A stretch of DNA of 64,000 nt from Tubiluchus corallicola (GCA_030141605.1 JAQGDQ010000135.1:248001-312000), one strand, 5' to 3'. Positions 1 through 13,820 are shown, counted from the first letter of the stretch. Made by a program: numbers and translations. Notes: generated from the letters alone by a model not told the origin.

Positions 1-706
1 GCACGATGGTATAACGCCTTTCAAGATAGCCTATAGGAAGCTCGGAGCGGCTATCCTATTGGGGCATTTCGATTTTTAAAACATTATTCGACACTAGGCA
101 ACAGTTAACGTTTATCCCGATAAAGATTCTGCCAGTTGGTCCATACCTGCTTATGTAATAGTTTCTTTTTAGATTAAGTTCGCTTTGGGACCTTATTCGC
201 AGCATATCTGTGCTAAACGCTTTCTACGCTTTGCCCCCAACTGGCATCTGGTCCCACGTTCCCACTCAGAGCTTTACATTTCATAAAACAGTAAACACAT
301 GCATGATGTATAAATCTTTGGAATAGAACTGCATCGGGCAAAAATTCGAATAATTCCACTAATAACGGTATTTAAATTTAAGAAAACCACTCTTCTTTTA
401 ACTATCGATATCTACCACAAATAAATCAGGAACGCTATTACAACGACTGTGGCTATTTCAACAGCAGCAATGCCCAGCTTGTAAAGTGAAAAAGTAAAAG
501 ACTTTAACCTTCATTATAAAATGCAGTAGGCCTATTCTATTTTTACTGACAGAGCAGTCGACAATGTGCATAGATTACAAAACGGAATAATTCTGCTATA
601 ATTTTCATCGCAAAAGAGCGTTACATATAGGAAGACCCTGTGCATTGAAATTAGGAAGATCAAACCAAGATTATGAATAATTAATTAAGTAACCATGGAT
701 TATCTA

Positions 707-968
707 ACCTACCTATCAACCTACCTACCTACCTACCTACCTACCTACCTACCTATCTACCCACCTATCTACTACCTGCCTTTCTACCTACCTATCTACC
801 TACCTATCTACCTATCTACCCAGCTATCTGCTACCTGCCTTTCTACCTGCCTACCTACCTATCTACCTACCTACCTACCTACCTACCTACCCAGCTACTT
901 ATCTATCTACCTACCTACCCAGCTACCTACCTACACAGCTACCTACCCACCTACCTACCTACCTACCT
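707..968. repeat. (CTAC/CTAT)n microsatellite
   Basis: Directly visible tetranucleotide array; explains ORF 695..1042. Confidence 0.95.
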
Positions 969-1646
969 TCTTGCGACTTCATAAGATGTGCAATGTGGTG
1001 TGTAATAAATATGCACTTTCTCGGCCTTGTTTCGAGCGTTGATGCCCAGAGTATAAGATATATTAACTCATGCTTCCTGGGCAAATGGTTAGCGAGCATT
1101 CTGTGGTGTGTGTTTAAGTGGCGGAAAGTTAATCAACGCCAAAGTAAGTGAGCGGATGAATGATTGCTAGGTTAAATAATCGCTGTGGATGATCTCATTC
1201 ACCATACCGATTCTGATCGTTTCCTCACTGAGTGAGGATATTTTCAATTCAGAATGTGGCAGAGGAATCTTGTCCACCTCAGCACCCCTCGTTAAAGGAT
1301 CATCGTTGATAACAAGCTAGGTTCTGGTCTGACATAAACTGGTCTGACATCTAGCTTAAGAGGATCACGACTTTACAGAGGACCGAATTGTATAAAAATA
1401 CAGTAAAGTGCGTGAAGTGTCACACTTAATTAACAGACTTATAGATTCAATAATGTTTGGTATTTAAAGGATTACATAGTTTTATTCAGTCGAATATATA
1501 TATTGCTCTCTACGATTTTTGTACAGACGTTATGTTTTAACTTCTTACTTGCAAAATTAATTAAATGTTGTAGCAACAATTGATGCAAAGTTAACTTGTC
1601 CTATCTAAGTTTAATCTAAATTCTATGGGCCATTAAACTAACACTG

Positions 1647-1842
1647 TAAAGTTGCGTTTACCTAGCATCCGGAATGCGTATGAGTCATTCACCTGCGGAA
1701 TAGTGGCCTATTAAAAAATCAATAGGCAATAGCTACAGAAAAAAATGCACAACGCAGGTCTGATAAACGGGTCCGTTGAAAATTCTGCATCCGCATACGC
1801 ATAAAGCATACGCATTACGGATGCTTGGTAAACGCCACTTTA
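1647..1842. mobile_element. MITE family 1 (about 35-bp imperfect TIRs)
   Basis: TAAAGTTGCGTTTACCTAGCATCCGGAATGCGTATG ... CATACGCATTACGGATGCTTGGTAAACGCCACTTTA; related copies at about 4352-4488 and 18433-19382. Confidence 0.75.
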
Positions 1843-2000
1843 GAGTGAACCACCTAGTTTTTGTCACACTGTTAATAAAAAAAGAAACGAAAATTTGCTA
1901 ATCAGAAGAACCACGTTTTTTATTTACCATTTCGTAACCCAACTGTTCACGAATGCTAAAGATAGCAGATGGCAAACCTAGTTGTCCATTAGGAAAGTAA

Positions 2001-2039
<39 letters not shown>

Positions 2040-2619
2040 ATGAACAAATCTTAGTATAAACCAACCAATCTATTGTAAACCAAGTGAAAAAAAATCATAG
2101 AAATAATAGATAGCATAGCTGGGATTAGCTTGAATTGTACAAAATGGCTAAATGGGGTACAAATATTGAGAAAATTCATGATGTACAATTGCAATGTAAT
2201 ACATAGGTATAAATGTAAACAAAAACTCTCGTAGTATAAGTTGACGCCAATTTTTGTGTTCATTCGTAAAAACATTTATTTATATCTCGAAGAGTCGAAA
2301 GAGGAAATGTCTATTAATTTATTGTAAACGAAAACCAACATCTTCGAATTTGTTATTTTCCATATCTCACAGTTTATGCCATTCAACGACAGCCATAAAA
2401 TCAGAATATAAAAAATGTGAAAATCCACACAATTTTTTTCTTAATTTAATAGCCAGAGAAGGGCTGCTTGCGCCGCTAGGTCGTTTATATGTCGGTGTGT
2501 GCGTCCCTACAGTTGCATTCTTGCATGACAGTACTTGGCGACTTGAGCTTTGCATAACATTCATCACTGAAAGAAAAAAGAAACTTAGAAAATATTTTGA
2601 ATATTAACGTTTAATGTAC

Positions 2620-3200
2620 TGAATTAATTTCGATATGTACACGTATGGCATGAACAATATACCTTCAGCTCAGCTAAATTATTTCGACAGCTTAAAGACA
2701 TAGTGCAGGAACGATATATTTCAGTTTGGAAAAAGAGAATTGTTTGTTGATAAAATGAACACAAATATGGGAAAAGCTCAAAATAAAGTAGGACATATCG
2801 CACCTTCAAGAAGGAATATCGACTCGAAAACCATTTATCTCTTAGCCAGAAGGCACGCTATTACAAACTATACCAAATTTAGCTAAGAGCTTATAAATTG
2901 GCCATCGAATCTGGCCTGTACTGTAAACCTTACAAAATACCTGTGCGTGAGCGAATTTGTATTTATTGTGACCTTAAGCAAACCGAAGATGAAATGTGCT
3001 TAGTCATGAATTATCCACATTATCAAGAGGATAAATTGACACATTTTAATATTGAAAATTTGCTTATTGCTTTCTCCGCCAGAGCAAACGACAATAATAA
3101 ATTGTGTTTATCATGAGTAGTCAAAATATCGAGTTTTGCAAGATTATTTTAGTTTTTCTGGAATCAGCCTTTCATACTAGGAATCATTTATTGTCTGTGT
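2620..3200 (+). mobile_element. Decayed LINE 3' end (ORF2 C-terminal CCHC-like region)
   Basis: Broken frames RTYRTFKKEYRLENHL and LAIESGLY...RERICIYCDLKQTEDE. Confidence 0.7.
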
Positions 3201-3979
3201 AAAAACCTTGATACAATTGTGTAAAGAATTTAATACTCCTTACGTAACATTGTGGTGATATCTGTATGAATTAATTGTTACTGTTGTAAACGTGTAAAAC
3301 GTCTCTCACTGTTGATTTAATTTGTTTTCTATTTATTGCGAGCCCATTATTTGATGGTATTTAATAGTAATTCAATAAGCAAACATAGATACATCTGCTG
3401 ATTTTGTTTTCTACACAAATGTTTTGTTTGATTGAGTTTAAACCTTTATTTAATTAGTATGTGCTCTCACTAGTGCTCACTATTAGACCTTTTTCATTAG
3501 TCTCTCCTACGTTAATTCTATTCTTCCAAGCTTACATCAACATCGACAGATTATAAATAATTAGTTCCACTCTTTCGCCCACTTACGTAACATCAAGTTA
3601 CATAATTACTATTTTTGTTTCAATTTTATCCGAAAAATATTTTTTGTGATCGTCTACTCATCGAATTTGTATAACTGATGCGATTACCTTTACCCTCTGA
3701 AGGGCTTTAATATAGGTTTTTTTCTGCTGGCCATTCAGTATTTGAGTGATTACGTTTGTATTTATCACTAATGCATATTTGATTTTAAGGATCTCTTTAA
3801 ATGAAACGTTGTTTAAACTAAATTTGTTTAATATTTGTCGTACAATTTGTTAACATTGATCTAATCAAATCAGTTCAAATAAATCACATTTGAATTCATG
3901 AAAGAGGCAGTTTCTAGGAATCAACATGCTGTTTATTGCTTTTCGGCAGCAAACGCCATTGCCAATGCTAAATAGTGAG

Positions 3980-4124
3980 CCAAAATAAGTAATCAGAACG
4001 TTTACCACACTGCAATTACCAAGGGACAAATAACCATTACAAAATCAAGAAAGTGAAACTTAATTTGGTTTAAGTAATACTTTTTGTGCCTTGGTAATTA
4101 CAGTGTGGCAATTACTTATTTTGG
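3980..4124. mobile_element. Short foldback/MITE-like element
   Basis: CCAAAATAAGTAAT..CCACACTGCAATTACCAAGG..ACAAA mirrored by TTTGTGCCTTGGTAATTACAGTGTGG..ATTACTTATTTTGG. Confidence 0.6.
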
Positions 4125-4226
4125 TATTTAATTTTGTTCAATAGCTGTTTTGGCGTATTAAAGGTTCCTTTGCAATACCAAAAGCTGTTTGTACATTTGT
4201 ACTTATAGAATAATTTTCCAGGAGTT

Positions 4227-5870
4227 TTAGGCTGGTTTATTCACATAATGTGCATCAGTGCACTCTCTTCGTAGGTGACTGCAATTATCAGTAAATGATT
4301 CGTTGTTTAGCTATATGCCAGACTACGGTTGCTGTTTTTTTCAAGTTTGATTTAGCGGCGTTTACTAGACATCCGAAATGCGTTATCCACCTGCGGAACA
4401 GCTGCAGAAAAACGCTGGGCTGATAAGCGAGGTCATAAGAGAGAAGTGACATAAGACATACTCATTCCGGGTGTTTACTAAATGCTACAGTACCATGCCA
4501 CATAAGGAATTTTTTTAAGTAGATATACTTACGCTTTTCTGGAACAGGCATTTCTGTACAGCGTACAGACACCTTTTTTGTCTGGATAAACTAAACGACC
4601 ACAGGCGGGGCCACTGTTGCGACGACATCCGATTTGGCTTCGAATAAGTCGACAGATAAAGTTTTGCTGCACACGTTTACGTTTAGGTAATGGTTTTTCT
4701 GTTTCAGAAGTTGTTGTTTCATGTTTCGTAATTTTTGTTATAGGCCATGGTGTTGGAGTTGTTACTGTGGTAACTTTTTCGCCGCACGGACATTCTCCAT
4801 CGCACTGCTTTTTCATTTCCACGCCTGCAAAACAACTGATTACAAATACGCCGAAAACTTAGAAATTAACCTACACTGGCAGATACATTAATTTTGCAAA
4901 AAGAATATGTACCCAACGTAGCAGGCCCTATTTGCGTAGAACGTTGAGGTTAGACTTTGAGACCCAGTGGTATCGCTCCAATGCTTCATGTGAGTGGCCT
5001 GGGTTATACGCACTGGGTGGTATTATATGCAACCCATACGTAACCCAAGACTGTGTACGTCACACTACGAAGTGTGGCTGAAACAACTCTGCTAGCTCAA
5101 CTTAGAGGTGTATCCTTGATTATGATTCAGGCTACGGACATGTGCCACGAACTACCAAACAGGTATACAATTTTGACTGCACATTATTGTATACATAATC
5201 CAAACGATATCATTTTTAGCATTACCTTTAGCACTTAGTCTATATCATAAGTAATGTGCCTGTTGTTTAATATACTAATTAAAGAACAATGTACGCAGTT
5301 TAAACGCTGAATGATACTCACTGACATCAATGTATCCAGCACATAATAATGTGCACAGATTTGAGTAAGTTTTTTCATCTGTTCCACAAACAGGTTTGTA
5401 AATGGGACTACAGTAGCACGGTTCACTTTCTGGTGCTTTAAAGAAAAACAGTTTCATTATTAATGTATTAGTGAATGAAAACATGTTATCCTTGTTTGTG
5501 AAAGAAGTTTACTTTTTTATCCAATCAGCCGAGCAAATTTAAGCAAGCAATGGTAAGTGTGAAGTCGTATCTCTGTAGACCAAAAGAGCAAGGTGCCCAT
5601 ACAAACTACGCAATCACGTGTGTTATGCATAAAAATCCGTCTAGGAAATTCGAGCAACCTAACTGTGCTATTTGTAGTTACAAATGCAAATCGTAGAGTA
5701 CTCGAACTAAATATTTTTTGTTTTTAAAAACCTCTTTAGGTCCTAAACTTTTAAAAAAGAACTAGAACAAATATGTCTGTGTGACGTATATCATTACGTA
5801 TGTTTGACTTACTGTAAGGACGAACCGCTGCTATGGCTGGCATTAGTAGGACACACAGAACAAGCTTCAT
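4227..5870 (-). CDS. Secreted two-domain Kazal-type protease inhibitor, paralogue D (divergent, Thr/Pro-rich linker), about 171 aa
   Basis: Exons 5870-5813 (signal peptide MKLVLCVLLMPAIAAVRPY), 5435-5322 (PCYCSPIYKPVCGTDEKTYSNLCTLLC), 4824-4533 (CDGECPC, T/P-rich linker, second Cys domain), and probable 4278-4227 (HLRRECTDAHYVNKPA*). All GT-AG with phases 1,1,2 as in the paralogues. The last exon is the least certain. Confidence 0.75.
4352..4488. mobile_element. MITE family 1 copy (internally deleted) in Kazal D intron 3
   Basis: GCGTTTACTAGACATCCGAAATGCGT..CACCTGCGGAA..CATACTCATTCCGGGTG matches 1647-1842. Confidence 0.6.
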
Positions 5871-6850
5871 AGTGAATGTTATGCTGTAATAAAACATGTT
5901 TGAATAAATGCGCAGTGATATAAATTGTGACCTATAAATGTACAAAACGTTTTACATAAAAAACGGTTATTCGTCTAAATAATAGTCAGTGCTAGTGTAA
6001 CTTTAAAACTTACGCATACTATAATTCACTTCTCAACTATTACTGTACACGTCTGGAACAACATATTCTGAAGTATTAGTTTTAGAATACACTTAGCTAT
6101 AGGCAAGGTAGAGCAACAAGGGCCAGGAAATAATTTTGCACGCTCACCTTTCTTCAAAAATCCAATGAAAATGAATCAAGCTATCAAGCTACCAAAGGCA
6201 CTTTTTACGTACACGTCAAATTTCAAAACGACCCTTTAAAAGTCCTTTATAACTCTTACTCAATTTTCGTTGTCACATTAAAATGCTTAATTTATCAGGC
6301 AAGCAAACAACAGGGCTTTTATCTCAAACAGTACAATTGACTATAAATTTCTGTGAAAATAGCAATTCTGAAAATAATTTTGCTGCAATTCAACTTTCAA
6401 TGTGGTTTCAAGGTTTATAAAACCGTTCAAAAGTAAGGCAGCAAGGTAGCGGCAGAACCTTTACATATAAACAGACTGGCTATAGTATAGGCGGATGCCA
6501 AAATACATGTGTGTACACAGACCTATTCTTGCTGTAGTGTCTTTATCAGTCATCCCATTTTTAAGGGCTCTATGACGTTTCCTTGGCTTTTCATTTTACG
6601 ATAACATTAATAATAATAATAAGCTTTGTTTAAATGGATTCTGTTCGAGAGTCAGGCTACTGATTATTAATACACAAATGCACTGTGCACAAATGTAATT
6701 AAATTTCATCTGCTTTAGAGGTTTTCTGCCTTTCTAGGCGACTGTTTGCTACTTTTTTTATTATGGAATTAATGCGGCTTCAATAGAATTTAGAATGATA
6801 TGTTGGCACATACATACACATAAACAAATGACAAACGTCGACGAAACAAT

Positions 6851-9724
6851 TTACAAGATAAGATAATATGCACACACACACGCACGCACGCACGCACACA
6901 AACACACACACACACACAGACACACACACATACACGCACGAGCTATATAGCTATTAGGATGAGTTGTCTTTCTTGCATCACATTCAGCCCTAGAAACAGA
7001 AAAACACTGTGAATTATAAATAGAATTTTAATATTATAAATGTGAATATAAAGCATTACTTTAAAAATATTTGTTTTCATTGAAATTTGCACGGTGATGA
7101 TATCAAATTAAAATGCTGACTCAATTTTGCATTGATGTTTTCGGTATTATCAGTGGAACAAAATGTGTATTTTTCAATGCAGTAATGCTGATGATTTCAT
7201 TAATAAACCACACGGATACAGATTTGTATTTTTCTTGCTAGGGGAAGTATTCGCGGCGGAGTAGTAGCAAAAAACGCATATATTTACATTGCGCAATGTC
7301 GGGCTAAAATGAATTTCTGGAGTTGTCTGACAAATGAATTACATGACGTATTAGACCGTATAGGGCTACCTGAACATTTAATTTTAATTTAATTTATTTA
7401 ATTAATTTATAAATTTATTTAATTTAACATAAAAGTGCTACATAAAAATTAAAATTTACACTAAAAACTAAGAAATACTTTATGCACTATTAAAAAGAGC
7501 GACGAAAATTTACAAAAAGTATAATAAAAATATATACAGGATCTAAAAATACAGTTAAAAAAACCAGCGGTTACTACATCAATAAATCATGCCGTCTTCA
7601 AAATATTCTACTGTAAAATCGCAGATCAGTTTGGTGGTATACATAATTTGCTGACCTAGTCGTTCTTGTTCTTAAACTAGAGGCACTGTGACGCAACAGT
7701 ACTTTAAAACGTTTTACATTATTTTCTGCACATATTGTAGAATATGGCGTATCAGAAGCATACCATGTGAAAAACTTGTGAAGAGCAATGTTTTAAGTGG
7801 GGGCAGATCTTGGTTAAGCTGCATACTTTGATATTAACCTGTAAATTAATACAATATATGTTGCTACAGCAGGAAGGAAATTCGAACGAGTGTTAAAGCA
7901 CAAGAAAACCCTCCACTTACATAAAGCTTAAAAAATTCGTCTCGAAATTTTATATCACTTACCCACTACCTTTTCGTATGCATGGCTTGCATCGGCTGTA
8001 ACGCTGTATAAAACGTGTAAATTTAAACTCCCGCGATTACCGTTAGGCGCAGCCATTTTATTGGTAGGTCGTTTGAAACAAGTTTTGATAACGTTAAGTA
8101 AAGTTTGAAAAAATAATCAGAGCATTCATAGTAAACATGTTGCTAATTAAGTAAAATTTTAAACTACTGTATTTTGTCAATAAAATTGAAAATACGTTTT
8201 TGGCTAGTGAGTGGCGCACCCTGGAGGGTGAGTCAGCGACATTTTACCAATTGGCACAAACATTTTAAATTATTAGTCTAGTTAGATAAGTTTTTTCAGC
8301 AGGTAAGTGAATTGCTAAGTAATATAGATTTGCATGGAAATTTTTTGGGGCATAATTTAACATTGCCTTTTCTTCCCCTGATTTACGTGGCGTGGTGACG
8401 TCATGTAATGGCGCCGTCGGAACAGTATTGCGGGAGATTTAAAATGAAAACAAAAGAAAATTCCTTTCGACGCGAATAATACGATATGTGCATAGAATTG
8501 CTGTAAAGTAGTATAAATTTTAAGGCGAATTTTCTGAAAAATACTACAGGTGCTCCTTTTTTTGTTCTTTAATGCTGATATAAAAACAATAAGCAATGAA
8601 TATGATATGGGTAAAGCTGTTAATTAGTGACTGAGTGAAAGTAAGAAGTTTTCTGGCTTTGCTGTGAGCAAGTGTTCCCAGATGCAGTTTATCATATCTG
8701 TAAACAAAATCATTTTTGTCTCAGTTTGATCTCTGAAACATGCTTTCTTTTGCAAATCCACAACGTGCACAGTTCAGATGTCGTACCCTAGCAACCAGGT
8801 GAAGTCTTGAAAGCAAAAGTAAATAATAAGAAGGTCATGTTTACCTAGCTCTGACACATGGGTTCGAGTACGTCTTGCAAAAGAATTTGACATTGGATGT
8901 AATTAAGATACCGCAAACTGGTCTGTAAATGTGAGTACATTGTATGAAGCATTTTGGGGCAAGAGCACTCTCCGTTGCACTTTTATTCTGTAACTAAAGA
9001 TAGAACTTTGAAATAGTAGAAATATGATAGTCAGTACGAAAATGTAATTGTTAATTTGTTATTGTGCTGCCTGAGGATAAACTATAGTATTAGTTTTTGT
9101 AATGTCATGTTTTTTCATTGGTTTTTTAAACTGTAGTGTTTTTCGCTAGTGAAAATCAATATTTTAACGGCTTTTAAACCGCCTCCTTAATAGTCTTACG
9201 GATACGTATATAGTTTACTCAAATAATATTTTATAAACCAAAAAAGGATAAATACAACTCTCGAAGAAATTTAGTTGCCAAGCACATTGTAGCTCGCATT
9301 CATTTTCATATGTTTTTCCATCTGATGCACACACAGGATCATACATTATAAAGCAAACACACGGTTGAGGATAATACGCACTCTCCACTGTAATAAAAAT
9401 GCGCTTGTCAGAGAAAATGCAGTTATCTGGTCAGTCAGTCAGCAGCCAAAAGCACAGTTATAAAGTCTTTTGAAGCCTAGAGTCAGTGAGCGAGTCACTC
9501 CATCGATATGCCAATTCAATAAACAATGAGTTAATAGGCTAGGTGCAATTTGTCACATTCGCATTTTGAGGCTAGATGCACAAACTTGTCAAAATACTAA
9601 CATTTGGCATCAGAGTTGCAGCAATTCATTGATTTTTGTTTTCAGACATATCAAGTTTTGTTAAAACAACTAAAATAGTCATTAATATTACTGAAACTAG
9701 GCTGGTGCTTACCTACTTCTGCAT
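6851..9724 (-). pseudogene. Kazal inhibitor paralogue C, pseudogene
   Basis: Exon 1 (9724-9713) is reduced to ATG CAG AAG TAG. Exon 2 (9387-9256) is open (PCVCFIMYDPVCASDGKTYENECELQC). Exon 3 (8993-8845) has an in-frame TAA and a frameshift after CSCP. Exon 4 (6989-6851) runs into a (TG)n tract. Introns and upstream DNA resemble paralogue B. Confidence 0.85.
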
Positions 9725-10538
9725 GTTGTTTACGATGTAGCTGCTGTAAATGTTATTTAGTTTTCATCACACTCTTGGTCATGATTTAATATATACATCG
9801 TAGTTAAAGGTAACCGCAATCTGTTCAGGGGCAACTGTTTATATCAGATAATACCATTGTGGTGAACCGGAAATTATATGACGGAAGTCACGAATACGAG
9901 AAAGGATCGTAATTAGCAAGGAGCTGTAATTAGTAATAATTACAAATTGCCCTACAATATATAAGTTTATTAGTTATAAATAACTACATATAAATTAACA
10001 TATACATTTCAGTACCATTTATTTCATATTTTAAATTTCTTAAAAATGTAATTGACAACTTTTTTTTATTATAACGCAGTTGCTGCTCATTGTCAACTTT
10101 AGTTTTTCGTTATCGTTCAAGTTTATGAAATAATTGCCTGTGATATTGAATTAGAGAAACTTAGTCAATGATTTTTAATCTAAAATGTACAAAGAAAAAC
10201 GCCGAGTAAAAGCAATGTTTAACAATACACAACGTTATCATCAGAAATTAACAGTTTTAAGAACGCAAGATTAGCGGGACAGCATCATCACAGCAATTTT
10301 GGCACTTTCCTCAAGTTTGAAAAAATACTTGTAAATAAAAGATTAACATTTGGTGGACTTGTTACAATTACTTTTCAGTAAATGCGTTTCAGGAATATAT
10401 CAATTATAATAATATTGCATTAAAATACTATTTAAAGTAATATTAAAATAAGCTTATATAATGTAGTTATATCTTATACAATCGCAATAATTAATAATGA
10501 TAATAATAGTAACGTAACAGTACTCCAACAAAAACTGA

Positions 10539-13500
10539 CTATGGAGTAATAGCAATCGCTTTGTTACAATCACATGGTACTATTACGCTCTCAGGATGGA
10601 TGTCCCTTCTTGCTTCACATTCAGCCCTAGAAACAGAAAGAAGCAGATAATTATAAACAATTATATAAATAAAAATGTGAATACAAAACACTATTTTCAA
10701 TACAGTTGTGTTTATTGAAATGATCAAAATAAAATGCTGAGCCAGGCTTGCATTGATGTTTGTGGCTGCAGGTATTGTCAGAGGACTAAAATACGTGCCC
10801 TTTTCCAGTGTATTAAATAATTATTAATTAAAATGATTCCATTCCTAAAACCACACGGATGCAGACCTGTATTTCTCTTGACAGGGAAGATATTTGCTTT
10901 ATGGTTCGTGTTTGACGAGTTTGACCTTATAGAGTCACTTATTAATACTGTTATATATATATCCTGCAAGCAATGAGATCTGATCTATCATATATTATGT
11001 GGGTAAAACTGTTAATGAATAACTGTTTGCAAGAAATTTTTCTGACTTTGTTTTTAGCACAGATTCTCCGACTCGTTTTGTCATACACGTAAATTACATC
11101 ATTTTTATCTCACTTTAATATCTCTCATAAACGTTGCTGTGTGGCTTGCTTTGTAAATTCATAACACATACGCAGTTCAAGTGTCGTAACCTGACAATCA
11201 GATGAGGTGTTGAGAGCAGAAGTAAATCATATGAAAATCATACTTACACGTTTCTGACACACGAGTTCGAGTACTTCTTGCAGAAGGACCTGACATTTGG
11301 TGCAATTAAGAGACCGCAAACTGGTCTGTAAATGCGGGTACATGCTATGAGACACGTTTCGGGTTCCTGTGGCGCCACTGGGCAAGGGCATTCTCCTTTG
11401 CAGTTTTCTTCTATAACTAGAGAAAACGCTTTGAAAAAGCAGATATGTAAGGGGCAATAACTAGTCTAGTACGTAATGTATAGGTCATAAGGTTCGTTCA
11501 AACGTTAAGGACCTGCCTTAACCTAAAAATTATCTTTCTATTTTGTTCAAAATCAGCTTTGCGGTAATGTCCAAAGTCTAAAATTTCGTGGATAGGTACC
11601 ATCTCGGGGCACAAATTCTAGTTGCAATTTTTTATTTCTTATAAAATCTATAGATTATGCTTTTATATGGTGGACCTTGCTTATTGCTGGTACGGGTCAA
11701 TTTTTAGAACAAAACCCAAAAGCTGCTGAGCAATTCCTTGGCAAGGAAGAGGCTACGCAGCGTCGTATCCATGTGGGTGTTAAAGGTTTACTTTGTTTAG
11801 AATTATGCCATGGACCATTGTAACTAACTGCATTGTTGTAAAAAAAATTGAATGGCCCATCATGCGTGGCCCATCATCCTAAAAACTGTTCCATCTCAGA
11901 ATTACCAAAAACATATTTAGATATGCAGGTGTCTTCGCAAAACAAATAAAACAGCTTTACCCAGAGGACTAGAAATACTGTTTCCCTTGCAGGATTAAGC
12001 ATTAATGTCGTCTTTGATGTTTATAAAGACATGTCATTGTCAATCAAAAATGCAGAACCAGAGGTACAGACACAGGGATTAGGAACATTTAGACATTTTA
12101 AGATAATTACGTCAGTGTGACAATGATGACGACTGTCTTTATCAAAACCGGGATATTAATAACGATAGTGAAAATGATGACTGAGATAGCAAAAGTTTTT
12201 ACAGTATTGCATAGTGTTTGCTTTATTTTGTAGTTCAGACAGTAATTATTCTAAAAGTTATTAATTAAAATTTATTTAACTAATTAAAATTATCCATTAA
12301 TTGGCTAATTTAATTAAACCAATAAACTAATAATAATGTACTGCCTTTGTTGCGATATTGGATACATGCACTACATTTGTTGTCGTATTGTTTCTACAAA
12401 ATAATTTGCTATACTGAATAACAGCAGTAATCTTACTTCATGCTAAATCTTTTCTGGTAGTAAATAGTTTCTCTGCATTCCCAGTTGCTTAAAATTGTTT
12501 ATGTTCTAACACCAAATAAAACAATTTATCCTCTACTGAACTTAGAAGCAGAGATAAGAGTGAAATTTGAACACTGACAGCGGCCATTTTGAATTTCAAG
12601 ATTGCTGATTTTGCAAAATGAAAAGATAGATTTTTAGATTCTCTATATCTAACGATTCTAAAAAATATATAGTTCTGTAAATCTCCAAAAAAATTAAACG
12701 AAATACACAAGGAACAAGATCAAACGCGAATGTACTTCTTAATGACAAACATAGTGACAATAATTAATAGAAAATCACAATTAAAAACAGTAGAAAATAC
12801 GACATTTCACGTTATGTAGTTTATTTTAAAGTGAAATATTATTTTAAGCTTTGTTAGTCCACTTAAAAAATAAAGAATATATATATATTAGGGTGGAAGA
12901 AAAATGAAAAAGTCATGTTAATAATATAAAAGTTTCCCCAAAATTATTATTAGTACTTTAACGTGATTTTTTGTTTTTCTTGTGTCTGGTGATACACTAC
13001 ATAGTTGGTTCATCATGCTTTTTCATTGTTTTTTAATTGTTGGAATTTTCATTAAGAAAAGTTAATAATTCAACGGTTTTAAGCCGCGAGCCTTGGAGTC
13101 TTACGGCTACGTATAAAGTTTACTCATAGATAATTTTATAAAGCAAAAAAGGATATATACATCTTCCAAAGAAACTTGACCGCCGAGCACACTGTAGCTC
13201 GCATTCATTTCCATATGTCTTTCCATCTGTACCACACACAGGACTGTATATTTCAGGACAGGCACACGGTTGCGCACATTCCACTGTAACGAAAAAGTGT
13301 TTATTGCAAAATGTGCGGCGATTTGCCAAATCAGTTAGCTAGCCTGTGACCAGTTAGCCCGCCATTTAAATAAACAGCGAGTTGATGAGATACGCACTGT
13401 TTTCACATTGGCGTTTTGCATCTACTTCACATCTATGTCAAAATACTGTCAAAATAATATTGGATAATCAGAGTTATAACATTCAATGATTTTTACTTTT

Positions 13501-13625
13501 GATGCGCACTACGTTTTGCTGCTACAAATAAATTGTCATTAATATTATTGAAAAGTGAATTTGTACTTACCTACGTAAGCCAAGCATATAGCGGAAATAA
13601 ATACGTACACTTCAGTTTTATTCAT
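10539..13625 (-). CDS. Secreted two-domain Kazal-type protease inhibitor, paralogue B, 144 aa
   Basis: Exons 13625-13571 ([18 protein letters not shown]), 13283-13161 ([40 protein letters not shown]), 11416-11248 (CKGECPC...[32 protein letters not shown]), 10626-10539 ([28 protein letters not shown]). Open frame with GT-AG introns. Confidence 0.9.
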
Positions 13626-13689
13626 GTTGTTTACAACGTAGGTGCTGTAAATGTTATTTAGTTATTGTCACATTCTTGGTCTTGTCATG

Positions 13690-13820
13690 GGTTAATATAT
13701 ACGTTTTTCATACAGCATCGTAGTCGAGGGTAACCGCAAACTGTTCAAGCGTAGCTGTTTGCACCTGGTAACACCTTTGTAGTGAAACGGAAGCTACATG
13801 ACGGAAGTCACGAATACGAG
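13690..13820 (-). promoter_or_regulatory. Putative proximal promoter of Kazal B (TATA-like box and conserved GGAA-core motifs)
   Basis: TATATATT on the minus strand near 13694-13701; CGGAAG at 13788 and GGAAGTCACGAAT at 13803-13815, shared with paralogues A and C at similar spacing. Confidence 0.45.

Noticed and set aside
1-300. Possible exon at the start of the window
   Set aside because: Splice-like sites occur on both strands but no frame gives a recognisable protein.
695-1042. 115-aa ORF (PTYL repeats) and similar low-complexity ORFs at 24634, 31921-32291, 49346-49630, 50065-50442 and 52292
   Set aside because: Translations of microsatellites with no splice or homology support.
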